IMG/VR virus record: IMGVR_UViG_3300037308_000195
Span: 1-26,601 of that record
DNA from: a virus
Lineage: Duplodnaviria > Caudoviricetes
Direction: 5' to 3' (one strand)
DNA length: 26,601 nucleotides
Shown: in pieces, positions 9,143 to 18,900 of the stretch
Position numbering within the stretch: position 1 is the stretch's first letter
Layout of the letters: each line of letters starts with the position of its first letter
Made by a program: the position numbers and the translations under genes
Notes under the pieces: model-generated
What the model saw: only the letters and a program-made list of their open reading frames with translations
What the model was told of the DNA's origin: nothing
Database searches by the model: none

Positions 9143-9487
9143 ATGAGGATGAAAGCACCGGCCGGCGAAATCCGCCTGGCCAACACCGCAGGTCACACCT
9201 GCGTGATCGGAGCCGAGTACACCGAGGTTCCCGAGATGTTCCGCCGCATGGCGGTCGCCGAAGGGGCCTTGATCGAAGGCGTGCAGCCGGAAGCCCCGCC
9301 GCCGCCCAAGGTCGAGCACAGCAAGGAAGAACTGGTGGCCAAGGCCATGCGCGACATGATGGACGTGCAGAACCCCGACGACTTCGGGCAGGACGGCAAG
9401 CCCAAGGTGGATGCCGTGTCGGCTCGAGCCGGGTTCACCGTCGATCGGCACACGCGCGACAGCGTCTGGCGCAAGGTCGCGGGGTGA
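9143..9487 (+). CDS. Phage hypothetical protein, 114 aa
   Basis: GGAG at 9133-9136, good codon bias, C-terminal DFGQDGKPKVDAVS..AGF.V....RD.VW motif. GTGA overlap with next gene. Confidence 0.8.
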   Translation: MRMKAPAGEIRLANTAGHTCVIGAEYTEVPEMFRRMAVAEGALIEGVQPEAPPPPKVEHSKEELVAKAMRDMMDVQNPDDFGQDGKPKVDAVSARAGFTVDRHTRDSVWRKVAG

Positions 9488-10176
9488 CCGACATGAAGCG
9501 CACCGAACTGGTCAAGCGCTTCCGTGAGGCTGTGGACGACGAGGCCCAGCCCTACCTGTGGTCTGACGCGGAGGTCGGGCGCTACCTGGACGACGCCTGC
9601 AAAGAGGCAGCGGTCAGGGCCCGGCTGATCCGCGACGCCACCACCGCCACGTTCGACACCGAGCCGGTGTGCGAAATCGACGTGGTGGCCAACACCCACA
9701 CCTACCAACTGCACCCGACCATCTTCGACGTGGAGAGAGCCAAGCTGGACGGGGACACCTGTACGCTCAAGCTCACGTCCACCGAAGAGATGGATCGGGA
9801 ATCGCCGGGGTGGGATTCGTTGACCGGATCACCAAAGTACCTGCTGATCGATCACCAGGGGATCGGGCTGTCGGCCAGACTCGTTCCCGAGCCCAAAAAG
9901 AACGACACCCTGCGGCTCACGGTGTACCGCACTCCGCTCAAGTCGGTGAACTCGGTCGATGACGAGCCGGAAATCCCGCCTCGGTTCCACGAGCACCTGG
10001 TGGACTGGATGATCCGCTGCGCGTACCTCAAGCGGGATGCCGAAACACTCGATGAACCCAAGGCGAAGGATGCCGAGGTTCGATTCACCGTGTCGTTCGG
10101 TATCCGGGTGGACGCGAACGTGCAGCGCAAGCACGCGAACCGTCACACCAAGACGGTGATGTTCATGGACTTCTGA
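9484..10176 (+). CDS. Head-tail adaptor protein (putative)
   Basis: N-terminal helical motif ELVKRFREAVDD...YLWSDAEVGRYLDDACKE, beta middle, DDEPEIPPRFHEHLVDW. Start may be GTG 9484 or ATG 9493. Confidence 0.75.
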   Translation: MTDMKRTELVKRFREAVDDEAQPYLWSDAEVGRYLDDACKEAAVRARLIRDATTATFDTEPVCEIDVVANTHTYQLHPTIFDVERAKLDGDTCTLKLTSTEEMDRESPGWDSLTGSPKYLLIDHQGIGLSARLVPEPKKNDTLRLTVYRTPLKSVNSVDDEPEIPPRFHEHLVDWMIRCAYLKRDAETLDEPKAKDAEVRFTVSFGIRVDANVQRKHANRHTKTVMFMDF

Positions 10177-10177
10177 C

Positions 10178-11356
10178 ATGAAGCCCGAGACCATTCAGAT
10201 CAAGAAGTTCGCCGGTCTGCGCTCCCAGATAAACAAGGAGCGCATGAGCGTTGGCGACTTGGTCGCGGCGATCAATGTGCGCATCGACGAGACGGGGCAG
10301 GCCAGCCGCCGGCGAGGGTTCTCCACGGTCATTGCAACCCACTCGCACTCGCTGTGGTCGCAAGGCCCGATGACTCTCGGTGTCGTGGGCGGGAATCTGG
10401 TGCGGATCAACCCAGGGTACTCGACTACCGTTCTAGCCAGCGGGTTGCAAGGCCATGCTGTCTACGAGACGGTGGAGGACCGGGTCTACTGGTCGTCAGC
10501 CAATGCCTGCGGCGTGATCGATGGTGGAGTGAATCGGTCGTGGGGCCTCGAAGTTCCAGTCCCGATCATCGGCCAGTCTGCGGGACGGCTGCCGGCGGGT
10601 CTCTATCAGGCGGTGGCCACGTTCCGGCGCAAGGACAAGCAAGAGTCCGGCGCATCGGCGACGTTCACGCTGTCCGTTCCTGCGGATGGCGGTATCTCCA
10701 TAGCCGCGCCGACGACCACGGACCCGGACATCGAGGCGTGCGAGCTTTACATCAGCACTCCCGGTGGGGCGACGCTGTACCGGGCTGGGGAATGCGCGCC
10801 CGGAGACTCGTTCATCTACACCGGCGACTCGACCGACCTCGTGATCCCGCTGCAGACGCAGTTCATGGATCGAGCAGTCCCTTGTGGAGCGATGGCGTAC
10901 TACTCGGGCCGCATGTGGATCGCGGTCGGGGCAGCGATCTATCCGTCCGAGGCATTCGCCCCGGAACTGTTCGACTACCGCAACGACGTTCCTTTCGCGG
11001 GCACGGTGCGCATGATCGCCCCGCAACGCGGGGACGGGTCGGGCATGTTCATCGGCACCGACGCCGGGGTGGTGTACGCCCAAGGCGCAGACCCGGACAC
11101 CCTGCAGGTCTCGGATCGCATGTCCGATCCAGTCCTGGCCGGCTCCCTGGTCTACGTGCCCGGTGAATTGATGGGCGACGGTGAACTGGCGGGACAGCAG
11201 ATCCCCGTCTGGGCCACGACCAAATCCTTCTGCGCAGGGATGCCCGACGGGGCCGTGCGCACGCTCACGATCAACCGCCACCCGCTGTCCCTTCGCGGGC
11301 CGGCGGCGATGTACTTCGACGCGGACCTCAAGCAACTGGTGCTGAGTTCCGCATGA
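10178..11356 (+). CDS. Tail nozzle/stabilisation-like beta-propeller protein (putative), 392 aa
   Basis: Begins KFAGLRS...LVAAINVRIDETGQASRRRGF as podovirus nozzle proteins do. beta-rich blades (YYSGRMWIAVG..IYPSE). Follows adaptor. Confidence 0.6.
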   Translation: MKPETIQIKKFAGLRSQINKERMSVGDLVAAINVRIDETGQASRRRGFSTVIATHSHSLWSQGPMTLGVVGGNLVRINPGYSTTVLASGLQGHAVYETVEDRVYWSSANACGVIDGGVNRSWGLEVPVPIIGQSAGRLPAGLYQAVATFRRKDKQESGASATFTLSVPADGGISIAAPTTTDPDIEACELYISTPGGATLYRAGECAPGDSFIYTGDSTDLVIPLQTQFMDRAVPCGAMAYYSGRMWIAVGAAIYPSEAFAPELFDYRNDVPFAGTVRMIAPQRGDGSGMFIGTDAGVVYAQGADPDTLQVSDRMSDPVLAGSLVYVPGELMGDGELAGQQIPVWATTKSFCAGMPDGAVRTLTINRHPLSLRGPAAMYFDADLKQLVLSSA

Positions 11357-11400
11357 CCGGTTCTTCAACCGCGGCACCGCCGCATTCATAGGAGGTCAGC

Positions 11401-12174
11401 ATGACGCTGCGCTACTCAACAGGGCTCCGCAATCACTTGGCGGCTGGTGGTTCGTTCAAACGGGCATTCCAGAACGGCCGCATCGAAATCTACACGGGCT
11501 CTCAGCCTGCAAACGCAGATGCCGCGGCCACCGGCACGCTGCTGTGTACCATCACCAACAGCAGTGGCGCTCACACCGCCGAGGTGCGGGCGACGGGCAC
11601 GATCACCATCTCGGGATCTGCCGGATCGGTGGACACGGTCACGATCGACGGCGACGCGATCATCGACGCTGCGGTGCCGTGGAACACCTCCACGACCCAG
11701 ACCGCCGCCGATCTGGCGCAGGCGATCAACGACTATGAGTCCCATCTCGGGGTCTCGGCGACTTCGTCCGGGGCGGTGGTCACGGTCTACGCACCGCTGG
11801 GTGCAGGAGCGGCGTTCAACAGCTCGGACTTGGCCACCACGGTCACGACCCTGACCGCGACCCCGGTCGACTTCACCGGTGGGGTGACTGCGGTGAACGG
11901 GCTGAAGTTCGGCAGCGAATCTGCCGGGACGATCGCCAAGCTCGCTTCGCAGGTCTGGGAAGGCACCAACGTCGCCGGGGGCACGGCGGGGTGGTATCGG
12001 ATGTACGGTTCGGTGGCGGATGCGGGCACGCTCGACTCCCTCGCGGCGACCATCCGCGAGGACGGTGCAATCTCCACGTCGGGGCAGCAGTTGAACTTCA
12101 CCGGTTCGACGACCGTCACCGCCGCGGCGAAGACCACGATCAATGCGTGGTCCAGGACGGTGCCTGCAGCTTGA
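11401..12174 (+). CDS. Virion fibre subunit (second bead-like family) with inserted domain, 257 aa
   Basis: AGGAGG RBS at 11390-11395. N-terminal STGLRN...IEIYTGSQPANADAAATGTLLCTI and C-terminal GTAGWYR...REDGAI motifs of a common small virion protein family. Confidence 0.6.
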   Translation: MTLRYSTGLRNHLAAGGSFKRAFQNGRIEIYTGSQPANADAAATGTLLCTITNSSGAHTAEVRATGTITISGSAGSVDTVTIDGDAIIDAAVPWNTSTTQTAADLAQAINDYESHLGVSATSSGAVVTVYAPLGAGAAFNSSDLATTVTTLTATPVDFTGGVTAVNGLKFGSESAGTIAKLASQVWEGTNVAGGTAGWYRMYGSVADAGTLDSLAATIREDGAISTSGQQLNFTGSTTVTAAAKTTINAWSRTVPAA

Positions 12175-12180
12175 TGAGCC

Positions 12181-14052
12181 ATGGCTGACTCGACAGCCAC
12201 CTCCACCGTCACGCTCGGTACGGTCCTCAGTGTCAGCGGCACTGGGGTCACCGGCCGGCCGGCGGATTCCACCCAGACCTTGCCTGTCCTTTGGGACGGC
12301 GACGGTCTGGTGTGGGAGAAGGTTCCGATCCTCATACCCACCACCGCGGAGTCCGAAGGGGCGACGGGGCGAGGGGGAGGGTCAGACCTCGACGTTCTTC
12401 TGGTCGATGCCCATGGCACCGCCGGCGGCGCAGCCGCGTCCTCGTCGCTGACCATCCCGGCATTGACGGGCAACGGCACCGGGCTGCCGCAGCGCATCGG
12501 CGCGTCCAGCCAGACCCTGCCATCCCTCACCGCTTCCTCGACCGGGACCATCCCGGTCTACTTCATCGCCAGTTCCGCCCGGTCCCTGCCGGCCATCACC
12601 GGCACGGGGACCGCGCTGGCGCAGCGGTTCGCCGACTCGGCCCAGACCCTTCAGCCAGTCACCGCCAGCTCGACCGCCACATCCCTGCCGGCGCGTGCGG
12701 CGGATTCCGCCCAGACGCTGCCGGCCATCGAGGCAACGAGTGTCGGGCAGACGCAGCGACTTGCGGACTCTGCCGCGGCGCTGCCTCTCATCCAGGCATC
12801 GTCCACGGCTGAGACCGAGGGCGCCCTTGCCGCCGGTGACCGGGTGGCCGCGTCCGATCTCGTGGCCCCGTCCGTGCTCACGGGCGATGCCACCGGATTC
12901 ACGCAGCGCATCGCGGGCTCGATCGTCACCCTGCCAACGGTCAGCGGATCGTCCACCGGCGCGACCGAGGGTGCCGTCGGTGCAGATGACAGCGTCGGGC
13001 AGTCCGACCAGCAGATCCCGTCGCTCACGATCGAGAGCACGGGATACCTGCAGCAGATCGCAGAGTCCGACCAGACCCTGCCAAGTCTCGTTGCCGTGTC
13101 GACCGCGGCCCGACAAGCGCTGGGCGTGTCCGAGCAGGCGCTGCCTGCGCTTGTGGCAGTCTCGACCGGCACCTCGGGCGCCGGGTTCTCCAACAGCGAC
13201 GCAACCCTGCCGATCATCGCCGGCCAGTCCGTCGCATCGACATCGCGTGTCGGGGTGTCGGATGTCACCCTGGCCCAGATCGTCGCTCTGTCGCAAGCCG
13301 GGGGCATCGGGGCGGAGTCTGCGCAGGCCCTGCCGATTCTTGAGTCCGTCGGTGATGGTGTTCTGCACCGCGTCGGCGAGGCCGTCATCACCCTGCCCCT
13401 GGTCACGGGGGAGTCCGACGGTGTCACCGGTCGCGCCGGGGCATCCGAGCTGGTCCTGCCGATGCTGTCGGCACAGTCCGCAGCAGCAGCGATCAGTGCA
13501 GGGGCGTCGATTCTTGTCCTGCCGTCGTGGGTCGCTTCCGGGATCGGGCAGTCTCCTGCCGGCACGGTGGCCCCGGGCACGGCAGCGGCGCAGGGCCAGA
13601 CGTTCGCCCTCGACACCAAGGACTATGCCCTCACCGAGTTCGTCGGAGCGACCTTCAACTCGTATGCCTACATGGGCGACGTGCTGCTGGCCGCGAACGA
13701 AGACGGGGTGTTCGTGATCGGCGGATCGACCGACAACGGCACGCCGATCGACGCGCGGGTCACCTTCCCCCTGCCAGACGATGAATCGAGGCTGCGCCGG
13801 CTGGCTCGGCTGACCGTGGGCTACCGCAACGACGGGGATCTGCGCCTGTCCGTCCAAGCCGATGACGGGGAGCAGTACGAGTACATCCTTGAGGAGACTG
13901 GCCGCGACGAGTGCCACCCGAACCGCGTGCGAATCGGAAAGGGGATCAAGGGCCGGTACTGGACCCTGACCGTCGAGAACGTCGGCGGGGCCGACTTCGC
14001 CATCGACGCCGCAGACGTGGACTGGGAAATCCTTTCTCGGAGAGTGCCGTGA
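12181..14052 (+). CDS. Repeat-rich virion protein, 623 aa: ~20 rope-like repeats plus C-terminal globular beta domain
   Basis: Repeats xAxSxQTLPxLxAxSTG over about the first 460 aa. C-terminal ~150 aa (FNSYAYMG...RVRIGKGIKGRYWTLTVEN) is non-repetitive. Confidence 0.8.
   Translation: MADSTATSTVTLGTVLSVSGTGVTGRPADSTQTLPVLWDGDGLVWEKVPILIPTTAESEGATGRGGGSDLDVLLVDAHGTAGGAAASSSLTIPALTGNGTGLPQRIGASSQTLPSLTASSTGTIPVYFIASSARSLPAITGTGTALAQRFADSAQTLQPVTASSTATSLPARAADSAQTLPAIEATSVGQTQRLADSAAALPLIQASSTAETEGALAAGDRVAASDLVAPSVLTGDATGFTQRIAGSIVTLPTVSGSSTGATEGAVGADDSVGQSDQQIPSLTIESTGYLQQIAESDQTLPSLVAVSTAARQALGVSEQALPALVAVSTGTSGAGFSNSDATLPIIAGQSVASTSRVGVSDVTLAQIVALSQAGGIGAESAQALPILESVGDGVLHRVGEAVITLPLVTGESDGVTGRAGASELVLPMLSAQSAAAAISAGASILVLPSWVASGIGQSPAGTVAPGTAAAQGQTFALDTKDYALTEFVGATFNSYAYMGDVLLAANEDGVFVIGGSTDNGTPIDARVTFPLPDDESRLRRLARLTVGYRNDGDLRLSVQADDGEQYEYILEETGRDECHPNRVRIGKGIKGRYWTLTVENVGGADFAIDAADVDWEILSRRVP
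12190..13560 (+). repeat. About 20 degenerate coding repeats, mostly 21-23 aa, core S.QTLP.(L/I).A.STG
   Basis: Examples: IGASSQTLPSLTASSTG, FADSAQTLQPVTASSTA, AADSAQTLPAIEATSVG, IAESDQTLPSLVAVSTA, AGASELVLPMLSAQSAA. Confidence 0.85.
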
Positions 14053-15974
14053 CGACCAAGCGGTTCTTCGTCAACGGCAAGCCCAGCGGGATGCTCGACC
14101 ACCATGGGCGGTACATGATCCCCGTTCTAAACCTGCTCGATGAGTGTCGCCGGCTCAAGATTCCCCAACGAGCACAGGTGGTCGAGGAAGAGCAGGCCAT
14201 CGTCATCACCAGCCGATACGCAGGCACCGACACGGACTACGACGCGGAGCAAAGGCTGCTCTACGGGGCAAGGATCAGGGCCAAGACAACCCCGGACGAG
14301 GTCTGGATCGACCTGGACATCCGCGAGCCGAAAGTCAGCGCTCGAACCGGTGGCGTCGAGCCCGAGAAGGAGCCCTACCTGTGGGTCGGTGTGCGCAAGG
14401 CCGATGCGTGGGTCAAGGACTGGGGATACCAATCCGATCCCATCATCGTCAGCATCCACGAACCGGACAACAACGACGGGACGCTGCGGGCTGAAGTAGG
14501 AACGCACTGCGGACCCAACCGGGCACCATCCACCCCGCGGCAATGGATACCGGACACGACAGGCACGAGTGCGTACAGCTACAAGCCGGTGATCCCAGCG
14601 ATACCGAAGGTATTGATGACGCCGTCTGGACTGTGCTTCACCAGCACGGCATGGTATGGGAACACCTACACGTACTTGGAGGGCCAAGGCGACAGCGCGA
14701 TTCCAAATCCATGGTGGATAGAAACTGACGCCAATTCAGACCACTGGTGCTATGAAGCGCCATTCGACCCGCTGGTCGAAGATCAAAGCATACCAAACAT
14801 CGCCTTTCAGAAATACCCGAACAGCCAGCCGCCTTTGCGCAGGAGATGGGACTGCACGGCGTGGCTTGACCCGGGCATGGTGCCGATCGACACATCAGAC
14901 GGACATCTTGCGAACTTCCTGAAGGTCAAAGAGGGGATGTCCAATGTGGGCGCGGTGCCCACCGCCATCGCAGGCAAGTACGTCGTGATGATCGGCATCA
15001 CGGACGGATGGTGCCAGAGCGAGAGTTGGGCAGACGGCTACGACAACGCGATCGAAGTGGAGATCCGCGTCAACCGCCCGCCGGGTCAGATCCGCAAGCG
15101 TTTTCTCGTCAATCCGCTCAACTACACCTCATACGCTGCTTGCGCATGGACCTACGGCTTTGAGAAGCCGGATTGGGTCTCGTCGTGGTGCGAGTACGAG
15201 TACGGCCCCAATCCACGGTGGAAGAACTGGTGGCAGGGCGCGTTTCTGGTGGACGTGATTCTCGGAACGATCGAAGCCGTGCCCTACTACATGCCGACGA
15301 ACGGGACGTTTCAGAAGCGATTGATGTCGAACTGGGAATGCACGCCGTCAAGGCGCTATCAGATCTCCTTCATCGGCACCTGCACGCCGTTCTCAAACGC
15401 TTTTCTCAGCTACCCAGCATTCCCGCAAGTCTTTGCTCCAAGAGCGCTGGAGTTGTCGAACCTGGGATATAGCTGGGGGCCTGGCCCCCTTACGTATCCA
15501 GTCAGTTGCCCCAACTGGTGCAACGGCGGTTCGGTGATGAACGCGGACCTAGAGGAGCATCTTGCCTACGTCGAGTCCAACTCGTTCACGTTCGGCGAGA
15601 TTTACCTGTACTGGTTCGATTCCAACTACCTGTTGAGCGATCCACCGCAAGACCACTTCGGCTACACACACCAGCCGGCGATCAACGTCGTGGACTGCAT
15701 CAGCGAGTACAACGCGGGAGCAAGACCCTACGCGCCCTACTACGAGAGTCAACTGAACGGCCCAGAGAGTGCAAAACTCATCGCAGCCGCCGAGGCGCGT
15801 TTCACGGCGATGGGTGTTCCGCCCTACAACCAATCGTTCTACTTCGACGTGCCGGGCTGGGGAACCGCGACCATGTTCACGACGCGCGTTGACGACGATG
15901 GTTGCGGCGACAACACCGACATATTCTCCACGCCGCAGGCGGCAATCGAACTTGAGATTCCTGAAGGTGAGTAG
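14049..15974 (+). CDS. Trp/Tyr/Cys-rich tail-associated protein, 641 aa (candidate receptor-binding or tail-tip protein)
   Basis: GTGA overlap with upstream stop and GGAGAG at 14039-14044 favour GTG 14049 over 13911. Function inferred from position and composition only. Confidence 0.65.
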   Translation: MTTKRFFVNGKPSGMLDHHGRYMIPVLNLLDECRRLKIPQRAQVVEEEQAIVITSRYAGTDTDYDAEQRLLYGARIRAKTTPDEVWIDLDIREPKVSARTGGVEPEKEPYLWVGVRKADAWVKDWGYQSDPIIVSIHEPDNNDGTLRAEVGTHCGPNRAPSTPRQWIPDTTGTSAYSYKPVIPAIPKVLMTPSGLCFTSTAWYGNTYTYLEGQGDSAIPNPWWIETDANSDHWCYEAPFDPLVEDQSIPNIAFQKYPNSQPPLRRRWDCTAWLDPGMVPIDTSDGHLANFLKVKEGMSNVGAVPTAIAGKYVVMIGITDGWCQSESWADGYDNAIEVEIRVNRPPGQIRKRFLVNPLNYTSYAACAWTYGFEKPDWVSSWCEYEYGPNPRWKNWWQGAFLVDVILGTIEAVPYYMPTNGTFQKRLMSNWECTPSRRYQISFIGTCTPFSNAFLSYPAFPQVFAPRALELSNLGYSWGPGPLTYPVSCPNWCNGGSVMNADLEEHLAYVESNSFTFGEIYLYWFDSNYLLSDPPQDHFGYTHQPAINVVDCISEYNAGARPYAPYYESQLNGPESAKLIAAAEARFTAMGVPPYNQSFYFDVPGWGTATMFTTRVDDDGCGDNTDIFSTPQAAIELEIPEGE

Positions 15975-15977
15975 CGC

Positions 15978-18900
15978 ATGCCACGAAACACCATCACCCT
16001 GAACACCTACCCCCTGCCCATCCTGCAGGCACCGGACCCGTGGGGCGGGAATCGACCTTCTGAGATCGTTGGCACCGGCTGGACCCAGGCGCAAGCCTAC
16101 GCGAACGTCGCCTTCAATACCGCGCAGGCGTACATCTCCAACCTGTCGGACATCGCGGCAGCCGCGGCAGACCTGCCCACCATCGCGGCCGAGATCGACC
16201 CGGTGGCGTCTGCCATCACCGCGTTCGCCATGCCGACCGCACCCGCACGACCGGGTGGGCTCGACATCACCATCCCGGACGCCCCGACCCTGCCCACGAT
16301 CGCAGCCATCAGCGCCATCGATCCGGGCGACGCCCCGGTGTTCGACGGGGTCTTGCCTGCGGTCAATCTGGATGTGGCCGCGCCGACGGCGCTCGACCTG
16401 ACGCTTCCTGCGGCTCCTGATCTGCGCGACACTGTCCTGCCGGATGCGCCGGTGATCGCAAGCTTGGCAGCGGTCGCCCCTGTGGACCTGCCTGACTCGC
16501 CGGCGTTCGTCGCCCAGCGGCCGGATGTCAACCTGGACATCGCCCCGCCGTCGGCGTTCGACGCCACCCTGCCAGTCCCGCCGAGCATCAACGACCTGAC
16601 CCTTCCCGATGTTCCCGAACAGGCCATTGTGGGATCGGTGGGCGCCCTGACGATCAGCGACGCGCCGGCCTTCAGCGCCACCCCGCCGACCATCGATCTG
16701 AGCCCGACACCTCCAAGCGGACTGAGCCCGGTCCTTCCGTCTGCTCCGAGCATCAACGAGGTCGTCCTGCCGCCGGCCCCCACGGCGCCCGTGGTGGGAT
16801 CCGTCACCATGCCGGTGATCGGAGATGTGCCGACGCTCACGGTCGCCGCGCCGACGCTCAACTTCGACATGACCGCCCCGGCCGGTCTCAACGTGACCTT
16901 GCCGGATGTCCCGAGCATCAATGCCCCGGTGGTTCCGTCGGCTCCATCGGGGCCGGTGGTGGGGTCCGTGTCCGGCCTGACGGTGGGCACCGCGCCCGAC
17001 TTCACCGCCGCGCCTCCCGAACTCGACTTCGACATCGCCGCGCCAGACAGCCTGCAGGTCACCCTGCCAACCGCCCCGGTGGTGCGGGACGTGACCATCC
17101 CCGACGCACCCTTGATCGGCGATCTGGCAACCGTCGAACCACTGGATGCGGGGGTGGCCCCGGAGTTCACCGCAACCCCTCCCGCGCTCGACTTGGACAT
17201 CGCTCGCCCCGCCGCCTTGTCCGCCACAGTTCCGACCGCACCCGCGTTGGACCCGGTGGTCATCCCGGGCGATCCGACCATCACCCTGCCCGACGTGCCG
17301 AACCTGCGCGACTTGGTGATCCCCACAGAGCCAGACCTTGCCCTGCCGGAGTTCACCGCGCAACTGGCCGACGCACCGGTGGCCCCGGACGTGTCCTTTG
17401 CATGGGTAGAAACCCCCTACGCTTCCGACCTGCTTGCTCAGCTCAGGGCCAAGCTGCAGGAATGGGTCGGTGGAGCCTCGACCGGGCTTGAAGCGGTGGT
17501 GGAAGAGGCGATCTGGAATCGCATGCGGGACCGCGAGCAGCGCAGTGCCGCCCAGGGTGTCAGCGACGTGGTCCGCCAGTTCGCGGTGCGTGGGTTCTCC
17601 CGTCCGCCCGGGGCGGTGGCGGTCGCCCTGCAACGGGCGATGCAGGTGCTCAACGACAACACCGTCACGGCATCACGAGAAATCGCGGTGCAACAGGCCC
17701 AGTTGGAGCAGACGAACCGGCAGTTCGCTTTCAACACCGCGTTGAGCGTTGAGTCGACGCTGATCGGCTACACCAGCCAGATCGCGGGACGGGCACTGGA
17801 CGCGGCGAAGTTCGCAGCGCAGATCGGGATCGAGATCTTCCAGGCGGAAGTGTCTGGGTATCAGGCGGAGATCCAAGCCTTCGCCGCGCGAGCCGAGGTG
17901 TTCCGCGCCGTGCTTCAGGCCGAACTGTCCAAGCTGGACATCTTCAGGGCCCAGATCGAGGCGCAGAAACTGATCGGCGACATCAACCAGCAGCAGGTCG
18001 CCCTATACACCGCACGGGTGGGGGCGGCAGAGGCGTTGATCGACCTGTTCCGCTCGCGCATCCAGGCCGCACAGGCCAACGCGGAAGTGCAGCGCACCCG
18101 CATACAAGCGTATGCAACCGAAGTGCAGGCATATGGAGAACAGGTCCGCGCCAAGGCTGCCGAGTACGACGCCTACGCGACCCAGATCAGAGCCGAGGTG
18201 AGCAAGGCGGAGACCTTCAAGGTCGAGGCGGATGCGTTCGCCTCTCGAGTTCAAGGGTTCACCGCAGTACTCAACGCCCGCACGGCCGAGAAGCAGTCCG
18301 AGACCGACATCAAGCAACGGCTGCCAGTGGAGATCTTCAAGGCCAGGACCGAGGGGTTCCGCAACATGCTTCAGGGTTTGCAGACCCAGGCGGAAACCGA
18401 CCGGACTCGCGTGCAGGCGTACTCGGCTGAAGTCTCTGCTCAAGGTGAGCTGACGCGGGCTCGGGCACTGGACGTGGATGTGTTCCGCGCCAGGATCGAT
18501 GCGGAGAAATCAAAGGCCGAGACCTTCCGGCTGCAGGCCGAAGCCTACGGTCGTCAGGTCGATGGGTATCGCGCGCTCACCGACGCGATGGTGGCGCAGA
18601 AGAACGTGGAGATCAAGCTGGCCACGGAAGTCCCGATAGAGTTGAACAAGGCGGACATCGCCATCTACGACGCATCCCTGCGGGGACTTCAAGCCCAGAC
18701 TGAAACCGATCGCACGCGAGTCCAGGCGTACAGCGCGCAGGTCAGCGCGATCGGAGAACTCACCCGCGCCCGCGGCGTGGACACCGACATCTACAGGGCC
18801 GCCGTCGATGCCGAGAAGGCGAAGGCGGACATCTATCGCATCCGCGTCGATGCCTACGGCCGAGAGGTCGATGCCTACAAGGCAGTCGCCGATGCGCTGA

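Noticed and set aside
14049-15974. DGR target gene
   Set aside because: No reverse transcriptase and no TR/VR near-duplicate visible in this window.
15549-17633. 694-aa minus-strand ORF (also 12382-13917, 4788-6230, 7445-8575, 10496-11389)
   Set aside because: Antisense shadows of GC-rich, codon-biased + strand genes. Their R/G/H/V-rich translations show no motifs.
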